From Macrostomum lignano (taxonomy: Eukaryota), in assembly GCA_002269645.1 (NCBI GenBank), contig NIVC01001184.1, positions 186,001 through 250,000 of the forward strand: a stretch of DNA of 64,000 nt, given 5' to 3'. The notes beneath the pieces were generated by a model that saw only the letters and a list, made by a program, of their open reading frames with translations, was not told the origin of the DNA and searched no databases. Made by a program: the position numbers and the translations under genes. Below, piece after piece: positions 35,988 to 49,034 of the stretch. Position 1 is the stretch's first letter. The number at the start of each line of letters is the position of its first letter.

Positions 35988-36239
35988 TGTCAGTTATCTA
36001 TAGAATAAGTAGAATGGGTCTCTGCTGTAAGAACCTTTTGTGAGGAAAAAGCTAGCCACTGGAGTTACGGCATCGAGGGTATTTATGAGCTCAAAAGATC
36101 CCATTGCGTGCCTGAGCGTTTCCAATTCGATGCTGTCTGTCAGCCAATTGCTACGGCCTGAATAATGCTCCAGCATAAGCAGTCCTTGTCTCGCAACAAT
36201 ACTAAGTTGTGGACCCTGCAGTCAGGGTGGGGTGAACAA

Positions 36240-36565
36240 AGTAGACACAGAAAGAGAAGATACGGGGAGACAATACACAGGAGCCAAGAGACGGAGGGAG
36301 AATAGATGGAGAGAGAGTATAGATAGGGAGAGAATAGATGGGGAGAGAATAGACGGGGGAGAACAGATGAGAGAGAATTGATGGGGAGAGAATAGACGGG
36401 AGAGAATAGACGGGAGAGAATAGACGGGAGAGAATAGACAGAGGAGAATAGAATAGATATATGAGAGTAGATGAAGAGAGAAGATACCGAGAGAGTATAG
36501 ATAGGGAGAGAATAGATGGGGAGAGAAGCGATAGGAAGATGAGGATGAGGAAGATGGGGAGAGCT
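36240..36565. repeat. GA-rich simple repeat
   Basis: GGGAGAGAATAGA(C/T) units. Confidence 0.9.
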
Positions 36566-36947
36566 CATTCGAGCCTTGTATTCCCAATTCGTGTCGAAAT
36601 TCGAATAATAATGAGCCCGGAAACTGATGACCGCATATTCGAGCAAGTGAAATATGCATAAAAATGCTTATAATTTTATGCACAATTAAATGAAAAAGTT
36701 GATCAAGAGAAGAAACGACGAAATCCCATCTCCCCAGAGACGTGATATATCAGCCGGAGCTAAGGCAGAGGGGTTCAGTGCCAGTGCACTGTTAAAAGAA
36801 CTCGAAAAGACACTAGAAACCCATATTTCCGATGAGTTCCGCACGAACTGGCACTAGCTAATGATACATCTGAGCGAAAATGGATCTTCTGTGCTGAAAG
36901 TGATGCGAGCTGTATTAATCTCTCTTGTATAGATTTGTATAGAAATC

Positions 36948-37700
36948 TCTCCAGCATCTCTACAGCATCTCCTCAACATCTCTCCAGCATGTCTTCAGCA
37001 TCTCTCAAGCATCTCTTCGGCATCTCTTCAGCATCTCTCTAGCATCTCTCCAGCATCTCCTCAACATCTCTCCAGCATGTCTTCAGCATCTCTCAAGCAT
37101 CTCTTCGGCATCTCTTCAGCATCTCTCCAGCATCTCTCCAGCATCTCCTCAACATCTCTCCAGCATGTCTTCAGCATCTCTTCAGCATCTCTCCAGCATC
37201 TCTCCAGCATCTCCTCAACATCTCTCCAGCATGTCTTCAGCATCTCTCCAGCATCTCCTCAGCATCTCTTCGACATCATGTCTCCAGCATATATCCAGAT
37301 CCATTCCGCAACTCTCCAACAACTGTCCAGCATCTCTTCGACATCATGTCTCCAACATATATATCCAGATCCATCCCGCAACTCTCCAACAACTGTCCAG
37401 CATCTCTTCGACATCATGTCTCCAACATATATATCCAGATCCATCCCGCAACTCTCCAACTGTCCAGCATCTCCTCAACATCTCTCCAGCATGTCTTCAG
37501 CATCTCTCAAGCATCTCTCAACATCTCTCCAGCATCTCCTCAGCATCTCTTCGACATCATGTCTCCAGCATATATCCAGATCCATTCCGCAACTCTCCAA
37601 CAACTGTCCAGCATCTCTTCGACATCATGTCTCCAGCATATATTCAGATCCATCATGCAACTCTCCAACAACTTTCCAGCATCTCTTCGACATCATGTCT
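36948..37700. repeat. Compound CAGCATCTCTC / CCAGATCC minisatellite
   Basis: 11-bp core with longer higher-order units. Source of six spurious ORFs. Confidence 0.92.
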
Positions 37701-40449
37701 CTTCTCATTTCCTGACCCTAAACACCATCTCATCTTCCAGAAGAGTCTCTAGCATCAACGCTCTTCGTTGTATCATTTTGGAATGATTTTTTAGGGCTCC
37801 CACCAATGAGGCCTAATTGTTCCACACATACAATATCTAAGACTATAGCCAAAACAGAGGACTCCTTTTGCTCTATGCCAGGATCCTCGGTCTAAAAAAG
37901 CGTTTGGTTGCACTCAAATTTTTCACTGCATCACTGCACCAAATCTATTAATCCCCAAGGCCCGGCTTGGATAGAAGAGAAAGACAGGTTTTTTGTTGGA
38001 AAAAAACAACCAACGGACAATTAGATGGGGCAGGTGTGCGCCCTCGGGGGGAATAATATTTGTTGCCAAGGCTATAATCAGTCCAGCTTGCCCCACAAAA
38101 ACAGCAGGCACGGCGCAGCTGTGGCTACGCGTGCATCTGAACAAGTGCAACTGACTCTGTAATAACGGCTTGGCTCGCTCAGGACTGCAGCGAACAGACA
38201 TTCACAGGCCTGCTGCAGTGGTAGCGGTCCCATCATAACACGATAACACGAAACTATACGCTGGTACAATCACGATCAGCAGTGAGTACTCGTAGCCTTC
38301 AATGATCAATTGTCTCGATGCTCCTCCGCAGATCCTCCAGTTTGTGCTCCTTCGTTTATTCTAGCCATTTTCTGCGTTTCGTCCAGCAAACCACAGCGAA
38401 GCCTTCAATCTGGTCGCGTGGAAGTTCACAACGCCTAAAACAGAATGGGAAGGAGCGTGCAGAGATGTTATTAGGCGTTGTGATATGTAGGTCTTATGGA
38501 ATCCAGCTGTTTCTCAGGATGACAGACGCGCATAAACTTACTGACGAAAGGTAAAGGCAAGACTGCCGATCTTCAGACGATATGGCGTTGAACTGACATC
38601 CAGCTGGCATCTCTGATGCCGAGCTTATAGGGCTTGCATGTCTAAATATAGAAATAAAACATCATGACTCAATGAGGCGTAGAAGCCAGCGCTTCATCAG
38701 ATCGAGCAGCCAAGGGTAGAGCTCATGAATTTGACCGCCGCCCTAGTGGTCTTGAGGTCTTGTAGTGCAGCTTTGATGCTTGCCAAGTTTGAGCCCAACT
38801 GGTTGGTTTTTGCTCGGAAAATTATCGATCGCACAAGCGGCTGGAACTCCACCGGTCGCAGAAACACGAACTGATTCATATTATCCAAATCGGAGCAGAT
38901 GCCCATAAGACAATCGCCAGAGGAAGACCTGAAGTGGCAGTTATACTTCTCGGAGAAGAGTCTCAACTGCGACGCCAAGTTTCGAGGCAGCGCAAGCACA
39001 CAAGCCGCACTGTGCATGCGGTGCAGCATCCGACAACATCAACCAGGTCCTTCTTCGCAGAAGCACAACTCCGCTCTTTGCACCACTCGTCGTGTTCCAG
39101 TTGTCGTTCATGACAGCCAGACAGTTAATTTTCTTGAGGTCGCACTCCACGGACACCTTTGAAACTGCTTCAGCCAGGTGATAGAGGACAACGATAATGA
39201 GATAGCTATATTTCGCTCCCTTGCTCGTCTCATCCAGATGCAATGCTTAACTGCGTACCCCTCCGCGTCTCTCATTCAGAAAGCAGAAAGACAGACACTG
39301 ACAGACAGAATGGCAGGCAGACAGGCAACCGTGCAGACAAACAGAAAGGACAGTAATGACAGACTAAAATAAAGATCAGTTAGTTTAAAAGACATCTTCA
39401 ATTAGTTGGCATTGCGGAATCCGCAAATTTCACTCTGTACCCGTCAGTTTTTCTTGTCATAAAAAGTCAAACGGAGACAGTCATTAGTCAGCAATGCAAA
39501 GGCTCCGTCTCGCACGCGACAGCATAAATTGCTGTCGAGGCGGGATATCAGCAGTCCTGCACGAGGCAGATCGAAGGCCCTCCTCTCTCGTCAGCAGGCT
39601 TCAAATGGATTGAAGAGAAAATTATCCCGGAATTAATTCCATCCCCAGGAGTTCGCCGCTTCGGTGAGCGCAATGAGTTTAGCTTAGTTTATTTTCACCT
39701 GTAGCTGTCCAGACTGCATGCCTGTCATCAGCCAACAGTGCCGGGTCTGTAGGAAGTAACCCCATAGCTACAAAGGTAGGCAAGGCCGACGCAGGAAGTG
39801 CGCCAGCGGATAATCTCGTCAGGCCTAATCAGGGTCGACTTCCGCGTCGGTTTCCACATTCTTGAGGTGGTTGGAGGCTGTAAGCTCATCTGCGATCTCG
39901 GGAAGCCCCGCATCAAGGGGATTAAGGCTAGATTGGATACCGGAGGGATAATGACAGACCGGGGGGCCCAGCTGATCAAGCGTATATACGACATGATACG
40001 AGACTAAAAAGGAATCGAAGAATTTCTTTCCCTTTTCCACTCTCCTTTGCCGCTTCACCTGCCGCTCGTGGTCTTAATTATACAGAACACCAAAGCAGAC
40101 TGCGCGCTGTCAAGGTGAAAGAATGCCCTGTTTTTTACTAGTTGAGTTGGGAGCACAGCAGCTTGCGTTGCAGCTGCTGCAGTTTGACGTCTGGCTCTCA
40201 GCAGACATGATTGTGGTGATAGCTCGGAGTGCGCCGCCCAGGGAGGTCCCCCAGCAGCGTCGCCAGCAGCTGTGTTGCTCTCTGAAAAGGAGAGTGTGAT
40301 GGCCTGGGCTGGGGATCGCTCCGCAGCCCTGGCCATATGGTCTGCCGCTCCCACTGACTACGTTTGTTTGCACTCTGTTTGTTCCCCTCACTGACTCACC
40401 GGAGTCACCCCTTCTGAACACTTCCCCCATGCTACGTATGCACCATTCG

Positions 40450-41090
40450 TACGCGTGTTCCATGCATCGTGGCACAGCGCGCCTGGCTATGTTGGGGCCC
40501 AGGAGCCCACAAATATATGGCAAAGCTAGACGATACGGTCTGGTTTACATCTCTTATTCCTGTCTGCCACTCGGGAGCCAATTCCCAGTGCATAGCGAAT
40601 CAAGACTTCGTTCTCGAGTCATTACAGAGAGTTCAGCCCTGCGGGGGTGGTTCGGAGGTAGCGCATGAGCTGATTTAAATTTTCGGGTTTTTGCACGCTT
40701 CAGTAATTGACGTGTGTTGGCCCGAGGCGAGTCTGGCTCACATGAAGAGCGGTTTTGTCACCGGAATTACAAAAACTACAATTGGCGTTGGTGGGTCCTG
40801 ATCCACGCTTTGATGCGCGACTCGGGCACGAGAGGGGACCGGAGGCGCCAAATTCAGTAAGGCGTCGGCTAGCTCATTCCCTTGGATCCGTACAAGTCCT
40901 GGGGCCGGAACCCACCAGTTCTAGTGGTGCGTACAGACAGACGGGGAGACAGGGGAAGAAGCACTTCTTGAGAGCCTTTAGTTAGAGCGCCGTCATCTTT
41001 TCTGATCGTGGCTAATTTGGACATTTTGTCCATCGTAATGGCCAAGCCTAGGAGTAGGTCTTCACCAAGTCTTGCGATCAAACTCATTGC
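40450..41090 (-). pseudogene. Decayed non-LTR retrotransposon fragment (RNase H-like)
   Basis: Minus-strand WVPAPGLVRIQGNELAD at 40914-40863 resembles the WVPxH..I.GNE.AD RNase H motif of I/Ingi/R1-group LINEs. Flanks are full of stops; boundaries approximate. Confidence 0.45.
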
Positions 41091-41241
41091 AGAATTGGTA
41101 GCGCCGCCATTTACATTCTAATTTCCTTGGCCTCGCGCCAAGACTTGGACTTGGGCCATGTCCTCCGGTTTTCATGACACGGCGGTTTTGTGTACAAAAA
41201 AGTTTGCGGCTTGTCCTACGTTAAAAACTAGCAGTTAACGA

Positions 41242-41850
41242 CTCTCTCCCCTGTCTCCCTCTCTTCTCTCCTTTGTCTCCCTCTCTTCTCTCCCCTGTCT
41301 CCCTCTCTTGTTTTCCTTGTCTCCCTCTCTTCTCTCCCCTGTCTCCCTCTCTTTTCTCCCCTGTCTCCCTCTCTTCTCTCCTTTGTCTCCCTCTCTTCTC
41401 TCCTTTGTCTCCCTCTCTTCTCTCCTTTGTCTCCCTCTCTTCTCTCCCCTGTCTCCCTCTCTTGTTTTCCTTGTCTCCCTCTCTTATCTCCCCTGTCTCC
41501 CTCTCTTTTCTCCCCTGTCTCCCTCTCTTCTCTCCTTTGTCTCCCTCTCTTCTCTCCTTTGTCTCCCTCTCTTCTCTCCTTTGTCTCCCTCTCTTCTCTC
41601 CCCTGTCTCCCTCTCTTGTTTTCCTTGTCTCCCTCTCTTCTCTCCCCTGTCTCCCTCTCTTTTCTCCCTGTCTACTCTCTTCTTTCCCTGTCTCCCTCTC
41701 TTCTCTCCCCTGTCTCCCTCTCTTCTCTCCCCTGTCTCCCTCTCCTCTCTCCCCTGTCTCCCTCTCTTCTTTCCCTGTCTCCCTCTCTTCTTTCCCTGTC
41801 TACTCTCTTCTTTCACTGTCTCCCTCTCTTCTCTCCCCTGTCTCCCTCTC
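41242..41850. repeat. 22-bp CT-rich minisatellite
   Basis: Unit CTCTCTTCTCTCCCCTGTCTCC, the reverse complement of the unit at 43190-43772. Confidence 0.95.
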
Positions 41851-41902
41851 ATACTCGCGCACCCCTTCTCCCCATTATGTACATGTAAATCCATTCATGC
41901 AA

Positions 41903-42140
41903 AGGGGTTGTAGCCTAGTAGGGGTTGCAGCCTAGTAGGGGTTGCAGCCTAGTAGGGGTTGCAGCCTAGTAGGGGTTGCAGCCTAGTAGGGGTTGCAGCC
42001 TAGTAGCCTAGTGGTCAGAGCGTCGGACTCACGACTTGAAGGTCGGGGGTTCGATTCTAGACTCACTCGGAACAATTTGTGTCCTTGAGCAAGGCACTTA
42101 ACTCTGCATTAGCTGGGGTAACTGAGGGTGTGTGGTGACT
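41903..42140 (+). mobile_element. Second copy of the tRNA-derived SINE, with a six-fold amplified 5' head and an internal deletion
   Basis: AGGGGTTG(T/C)AGCCTAGT x6, then AGCCTAGTGGTCAGAGCGTCGGACTCACGACTTGAAGGTCGGGGGTTCGATTC, matching 610-700. Confidence 0.85.
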
Positions 42141-43189
42141 TTCGAACACACACAATTAGTAGTGGATGTCAAATTATTGAAATGACAATCTTCTTTACAT
42201 CGAAAATGTCAAAAGCCAATCGAAATGACTTGTTTTTTCTCTTGCGGAACCTCCTCCTCGCAAAACGCTAGCAAAAAATATTGATGACAAGATACCCCGC
42301 CATTAACCAAGTAACCGGTTATACAAAGAGTCTTTGAAACAGGATATTAAGAAGGGGGAGCAGGAAAATTCGCCCCATCAGTTGCTTTGAGCAGAAAAAA
42401 AGCAGATTAAATGATAATTTTAAATACAAGGCCGGCCCACGTGAATTCAAATTTGTCTCTCGATCTGCGAGAAAACAGAAAGAAAATTTCCCTCTTTTAG
42501 TTAATTTAAAGTTCACGTCTGTAAATAATATATTGTCTGTCTAGTCCAGAAAGTTGTGTTATATAGGCATTTGAGACAACAATAAATGGCACAGCAAGAT
42601 AGAGGAACAGAAAAAACACGATATCAGGATATGAGATTTACTTATTAATCTACTATCGTGATTCCTACAAATCATCAGGTTAGAGGAATGCAAATTTCAC
42701 AGAAAATAAAACTAATAAGTAAAACAAGTGGAGCTACTTCTAAAAAAGAGAATTTGAAACAGAGAAATATTTTTTAGTTTTGTTTCACTAAACAGAAAAT
42801 GCTATAACTATATTTAAACAAATCTTCACCATAAACATGCAATTAAACAGATAAACCATTATGCTCAATAAAGTACAAGACGAACTTTAATTAATTAACG
42901 CAAACATGTTTCTAAAAGAAACTAGAGATCATGTACAACAATAACAGACTTTTTCAAAAAGCAAATAAAACGGCAATATGTAATCTTTATGTAACTAAAT
43001 ATAGGGCGTAGGAAAATCACAGAACACAGAGTGCTTGGATGGCTCTTAAAAGGCTAATATTGGTCATCATTGTGGCTGCTTGCTGTCTTATTAAAGACGG
43101 CATTTAATCAGCGAGTATTTGTCACAGAGTAAATAAAAATTGGCACACAAATAAGACTTAAAAAGAACAGCCTCTGAGTTAATATTAAA

Positions 43190-43772
43190 GAAGAGAGAGA
43201 CAGGGAGAGAAGAGAAGGAGACAAGGGAGAGAAGAGAGGGAGACAGGTAAGAAAAAGGGAGAAAGGGGAGAGAAGAGAGGGAGACAGAAGAGAAGAGAGG
43301 GAGACAGGTAAGAAAGAGGGAGAAAGGGGAGAGAAGAGAGGGAGACAAGGAACAGAAAAGAGGGAGACAAGGGAGAGAAGAGAGGGAGACAGGGGAGAGA
43401 AGAGAGGGAGACAGGGGAGAGAAGAGAGGGAGACAGGGGAGAGAAGAGAGGGAGACAGGGGAGAGAAGAGAGGGAGACAAGGGAGAGAAAAGAGGGAGAC
43501 AAGGGAGAGAAGAGAGGGAGACAAGGAACAGAAAAGAGGGAGACAAGGGAGAGAAGAGAGGGAGACAGGGGAGAGAAGAAAGGGAGACAGGGGAGAGAAG
43601 AGAGGGAGACAGGGGAGAGAAGAGAGGGAGACAGGGGAGAGAAGAGAGGGAGACAGGGGAGAGAAGAGAGGGAGACAAGGGAGAGAAAAGAGGGAGACAA
43701 GGGATAGAAGAGAGGGAGACAGTGGAGCGAAGAGAGGGAGACCGAAAAGAAGAGAAGAGCAGAGGCAGAGAG
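43190..43772. repeat. 22-bp GA-rich minisatellite starting just after the TM9SF3 stop (3' UTR)
   Basis: Unit GGAGACAGGGGAGAGAAGAGAG. Confidence 0.95.
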
Positions 43773-43776
43773 CAGT

Positions 43777-44245
43777 TCAGTCAGTCTTCACATTAGCATA
43801 GATAGTTCTAACAAACAGGCTAGCGGCAAGGAAGCCAACAGCCCCGCAAATGAGAGCTAAGCCGCAGCAGAACAGAGCCATAAAACTAAAATAAAACGCA
43901 GTCTGATACAGGCCGTACATCCGAGTCTTGAAGAAGAAATAGTACACAGCGTAGACGTACAAATACACGGCCGTAGACGCGCCAGCCATAAAAGAACACC
44001 ATTGCCAGCGATAGTCCTCGGAGTTCAATAAGAAATAGACGCACACAATAGTAACGCAGGCCGTGGCACAGAGTAGCAAGGCGAAAGCTAGAAAGCTAAA
44101 TCCGTACACATAGTAGATTTTGTACGCCCAGAATGAGGTGAACACGTAGTACATTTCTACGAAAATTGAAGCGAACGGCAGTAGGCCGCCTAATAGGCAA
44201 ATAATTGGCGGTTCCGCTAAGCAGTGACGCTTCTCGGGCAGTGGC
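43777..44245 (-). CDS. TM9SF3: TM9SF3 exon 4 (last TM helices, stop)
   Basis: Acceptor AATTACAG at 44246, phase 2. RPLPEKRH...[31 protein letters not shown]...NSEDYRWQW...VKTD. Confidence 0.93.
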
Positions 44246-44354
44246 CTGTAATTGACAGGGAGAGGCTGTTAGCCATGGTTTCCCAGAGACAGTATCTGCA
44301 GTAGAAGGCTGTTAGCGATGATGGTTTCCACACACCTATAGGTTTAAACAAACT

Positions 44355-45718
44355 CTCTACGATAAACCAAAATGGGATAAACACACCAAGATAAACCACA
44401 ATGGGATAAACACACCAAGATAAACCAAAATGGGATAAACACACCAAGATAAACAAGAATGGGATAAACACACCAAGATAAACCAGAATAGGATAAACAC
44501 ATCAAGATAAACCACAATGGGATAAACACACCAAGATAAACCAGAATAGGATTAACACATCAAGATAAACCAGAATAGGATAAACACACCAAGATAAACC
44601 ACAATGGGATAAACACACCAAGATAAACCACAATGGGATAAACACACCAAGATAAACAAGAATGGGATAAACACACCAAGATAAACCAGAATAGGATTAA
44701 CACATCAAGATAAACCAGAATAGGATAAACACACCAAGATAAACCAGAATAGGATAAACACATCAAGATAAACCACAATGGGATAAACACACCAAGATAA
44801 ACCAGAATAGGATAAACACATCAAGATAAACCAGAATAGGATAAACACACCAAGATAAACCACAATGGGATAAGCACACCAAGATAAACCACAATGGGAT
44901 AAACACACCAAGATAAACAAGAATGGGATAAACACACCAAGATAAACCAGAATAGGATAAACACATCAAGATAAACCAGAATAGGATAAACACACCAAGA
45001 TAAACCAGAATAGGATAATCACACCAAGATAAACCAAAATCGGATAAACACACCAAGATAAACAAGAATGGGATAAACACACCAAGATAAACCACAATCG
45101 GATAAACACACCAAGATAAACCAGAATGCGATAAACACACCAAGATAAACCACAATCGGATAAACACACCAAGATAAACCACAATCGGATAAACACACCA
45201 AGATAAACCACAATGCGATAAACACACCAATATAAACCACAATGGGATAAACACACCAAGATAAACCAGAATGGGATAAACACACCAAGATAAACCACAA
45301 TCGGATAAACACACCAAGATAAGCCACAATGCGATAAACACACCAATATAAACCACAATGGGATAAACACACCAAGATAAACCAGAATGGGATAAACACA
45401 CCAAGATAAACCAGAATGGGATAAACACATCAAGATAAACCACAATCGGATAAACACACCAAGATAAACCACAATCGGATAAACACACCAAGATAAACCA
45501 CAATGCGATAAACACACCAATATAAACCACAATGGGATAAACACACCAAGATAAACCAGAATGGGATAAACACACCAAGATAAACCACAATCGGATAAAC
45601 ACACCAAGATAAACCACAATGGGATGAACACACCAAGATAAACCACAATCGGATAAACACACCAAGATAAACCACAATGGGATAAACACACCAAGATAAA
45701 CCAAAATCGGATAAACAC
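44355..45718. repeat. 29-bp minisatellite filling TM9SF3 intron 3
   Basis: Unit GGATAAACACACCAAGATAAACCACAATG, over 45 copies. Confidence 0.97.
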
Positions 45719-45778
45719 AATTGAATATGCAAGATACTAGGATAAGCAAAACAAATCAGTATTAAACAGAAGGCACAC

Positions 45779-46305
45779 CTTGGCACAGCATTGAGCCTGC
45801 AGGGCAGTTTAGAAGGCCGACCGCACAGATTCCTACCCAGCAGAGTGCCAATTAGGCTCAACGGTAGCAGAGCGAATGTGACAATAGCCAGCACTGATAG
45901 GCCTTGACTCGGCGTTAAGCTGCGCGACGAATGATAGCCCACAGCAACCAGGTTAACAGGGAAAGCCACGCCGCAGATCAGGCTGGGCGGCAGCAGAGCC
46001 TGAGCGACACCCTGACGAATCCATCGCGGAGACGCAGCCTGACCATTATTGCTACTACTACTAGTAGCAGTTGACGCTAAATAAAATCTCGAATATAAAG
46101 CTGCGCCAACGAATCCGCCGATAGGCGACGACGCCGAATAGAGGAAGATCGCGGCCGAGACCAGGCCGGCCCGTTCGCCGTTCATGTCGACGGACATGGC
46201 TAGCAGAATGAGGCACAATACTACGAAGGACAGCTGCACGCCCGACCCCACTAGGATGGAGAAGGTTGTCGGCTGTGCTGGTGGACGAAACACATCGCCG
46301 TACAC
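45779..46305 (-). CDS. TM9SF3: TM9SF3 exon 3
   Basis: VYGDVFRPP...GSGVQL...PCRLNAVPR. Acceptor CCCACAG at 46306, donor AG|GTGTGC at 45778. Confidence 0.92.
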
Positions 46306-46384
46306 CTGTGGGGGGGGGGAGATTTCGGTCCCGTGACAGGCTTTATTGGTACCTCAAGGGCGATCATCCGATGGACAGGGGAAT

Positions 46385-46925
46385 CTTAGGGGAGATTCTG
46401 TCAGGTGGGAATCTCATGGGGGAGATTCTCTCTCAGGTGGGACTCTCATAGGGGAGATTCTCTCTCAGGTGGGAGTCTCATAGGGGCAATTCTCTCTCAG
46501 GTGGGAGTCTCATAGCGGAGATTGTCTCTCTCAGGTGGGAACTCATAGTGGAGATTGTCTCGCTCTCAGGTGGGAGTCTCATAGTGGAGATTGTCTCTCT
46601 CCCAGGTGGGAGTCTCATAGTGGAGATTGTCTCTCTCAGGTGGGAACTCATAGTGGAGATTGTCTCTCTCTCAGGTGGGAGTCTCATATAGGGGAGATTC
46701 TCTCTCAGATGGGAGTCTCATAGGGGAGCTTCTCTCTGAGTTGGGAATCTCATAGGGGAGCTTCTCTCTCAGTTGGAAATCTCATAGGGGAGATTCTCTC
46801 TTAGGTGGGAGTCTCATAGGGAGCTTCTCTATCAGTTGGGAGTCTCATAGGGGAGATTCTCTCTCAGGTGAAAGTTTCATAGGAGAGATTCTCTCAGGTG
46901 GACTCTCATAGGGGATTCTCTCAGA
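46385..46925. repeat. 32-bp minisatellite filling TM9SF3 intron 2
   Basis: Unit GGGGAGATTCTCTCTCAGGTGGGAGTCTCATA. Confidence 0.95.
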
Positions 46926-46961
46926 TGGTACACCCCAATATCCCAGAGTGAAAAAACGAAC

Positions 46962-47210
46962 CTGTTTCCAACCGAATTCGTCGCTAAAGCTCCGCTCCAG
47001 TTCCCATTGGCTTTCCTCGGCTCGGCTATACCTAGAGTAGTCGCGTCTGAGCAGTCTCGTGAGCAGGAAAGCTACCAGGCACACTAGGAAAGCGGCCATA
47101 GCGAAGCTGTTGCACAACGAGAACCAGTGAATGTGATGGTGAAAGAAGCTCGGGTCCAAGTACTTGTCAAAGCGTTTGTCGAACGGCACGTCCGACTGAC
47201 GGAAAATCAC
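46962..47210 (-). CDS. TM9SF3: TM9SF3 exon 2
   Basis: [36 protein letters not shown]...RRDYSRY...DEFGWKQ; phase 0 at both ends. Confidence 0.92.
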
Positions 47211-47409
47211 CTTTTTATTTTTAGGGTGCGGGGGGGGGCAGGTTTTGAAGGCTGGAAATTAATTGCATAAAAACTGTGACCGATGACTGTAAGACTCCGC
47301 TTAGTAGGAAAATGAAAATCTAATTTTGCTGAAATATCGATTGAGAAACCGGCATTAGACGATAATCTCACTTTGGAGATTTATAAGATAGATAATTTCA
47401 CCACGGATA

Positions 47410-48250
47410 TTGAAAGATAATCTCACCCTAGAGATTACAGATTGGTGTCTCACCCCAAAGTTTATAGACTGATAATCTCACCCTAGACATTACAGACTGG
47501 TGTTCCACCCCAAAGTTTATAGACTGATAATCTCAGCCTAGAGATTACAGACTGGTTTTCCACCCCAAAGTTTATAGACTGATAATCTCAGCCTAGAGAT
47601 TACAGACTGGTGTTCCACTCCAAAGTTTATAGACTGATAATCTCAGCCTAGAGATTACAGATTGGTGTCTCACCCCAAAGTTTATAGACTGATAATCTCA
47701 GCCTAGAGATTACAGACTGGTGTTCCACCCCAAAGTTTATAGACTGATAATCTCAGCCTAGAGATTACAGACTGGTGTTCCACCCCAAAGTTTATAGACT
47801 GATAATCTCAGCCTAGAGATTACAGATTGGTGTCTCACCCCTAAGTTTATAGACTGATAATCTCAGCCTAGAGATTACAGATTGGTGTCCCACCCCAAAG
47901 TTTATAGACTGATAATCTCAGCCTAGAGATGACGGACTGGTGTCCCACCCTAGAGGTAAGAGACAGATAATTTCACCCTAGATATTAGACTGATAATCTC
48001 ACCCAAAAGGTAACAGACAACCTCACCCCAGAGAAAACGGACAGATAATCTCACCCCAGAAGAAACAGACAGATAATCTCACCCAGAGTAAACGGACAGA
48101 TAATCTCACCCCAGAAGAAACAGACAGATAATCTTACCCCAGAGTAAACGGACAGATAATCTCACCCCAGAAGAAACAGACAGATAATCTTACCCAGAGT
48201 AAACGGACAGATAATCTCACCCCAGAAGAAACAGACAGATAATCTCAACC
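47410..48250. repeat. 55-bp and ~28-bp minisatellites filling TM9SF3 intron 1
   Basis: Unit AGACTGATAATCTCAGCCTAGAGATTACAGACTGGTGTTCCACCCCAAAGTTTAT, grading into CAGATAATCTCACCCCAGAAGAAACAGA. Confidence 0.95.
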
Positions 48251-48326
48251 CTGAGACTGAAATCTTATCCTAGAAAATCTTATTTGGCACAGAACTCGCT
48301 CACTTCCAACCCCCAGGTGAACAGAC

Positions 48327-48923
48327 CTCGTAGGAAAAGGCGATCCGAGCCCCAGGCCTGATAAGCCGCTTCGCTGCGCTAGTGAGATTGACGTCTACAA
48401 TTTGACCGTTATTAATGCCGATTTGAAATCGCTTATGCGTCCACAAGTAGTATCTGTCTGGGTCGGACTCGCTAACCTCGCCAACAATGCCCCAGACTGG
48501 TAGGTCGTCAATAAACAGCTGATACCAATACTGATTTTGCACGGCATAGATTAGCTGTTGAGCAGTGTCCTCAGTCAGCACAATTCTGCAGTAGGTTGTC
48601 CGCCTAACTGGCATGTTAAAATCGATATCTAGGCCGGCTAGTTCGAGTTCAACGCCTTGAAACGCTTCGCCAAGTGTTTCGTGATAATGCGCAATGCCTT
48701 CTTTAGGGCCTCGGCAGAATGGCAATGAGAAATAGGAATAAGTCTCCTGCCGATTGTGGTATGGGCCGACAGTGTTCATCCAGACCACCACCTCTTCTCC
48801 GTCTTCGTACACGTGGTTGTGCTCATCGGCTGAGACTAGCGGCGCTAATGATAGCCACAGATAAATACAAAACAGAAGCCATGTAAGAAATGCGATTCGT
48901 TGCTTTAATTGACTACTGGCCAT
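48327..48923 (-). CDS. TM9SF3: TM9SF3 exon 1 (signal peptide, luminal domain); whole CDS about 613 aa
   Basis: Signal peptide then [38 protein letters not shown]...HYHETLGEA, diagnostic of TM9SF3. Donor GAG|GTCTGT at 48326. Confidence 0.94.
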
Positions 48924-49034
48924 ATCAAGTAGTAGCAGTCAGTGTGGTCCGGCTGGGCCAGTCTTGAAATCTGAAACCAGCAGGTCAGCGGCTTTGCATG
49001 CTGGTAACCATTTTAACACTGCCTTCCTCTTCTC

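Noticed and set aside
39560-39600. Minus-strand CTGACGA hammerhead candidate
   Set aside because: CGAT replaces CGAAA and there is no NUH cleavage triplet after the putative stem III.
38600-40520. Cluster of 65-137 aa ORFs as a novel gene
   Set aside because: No coherent exon chain or recognisable domain. It has faint resemblance to decayed LINE C-terminal sequence, too weak to annotate.
45430-45778. Read-through extension of TM9SF3 exon 3 into the 29-bp array
   Set aside because: Homology and the phase-2 donor/acceptor pair (45778/44246) give the canonical protein; the extension is repeat-derived and terminates.
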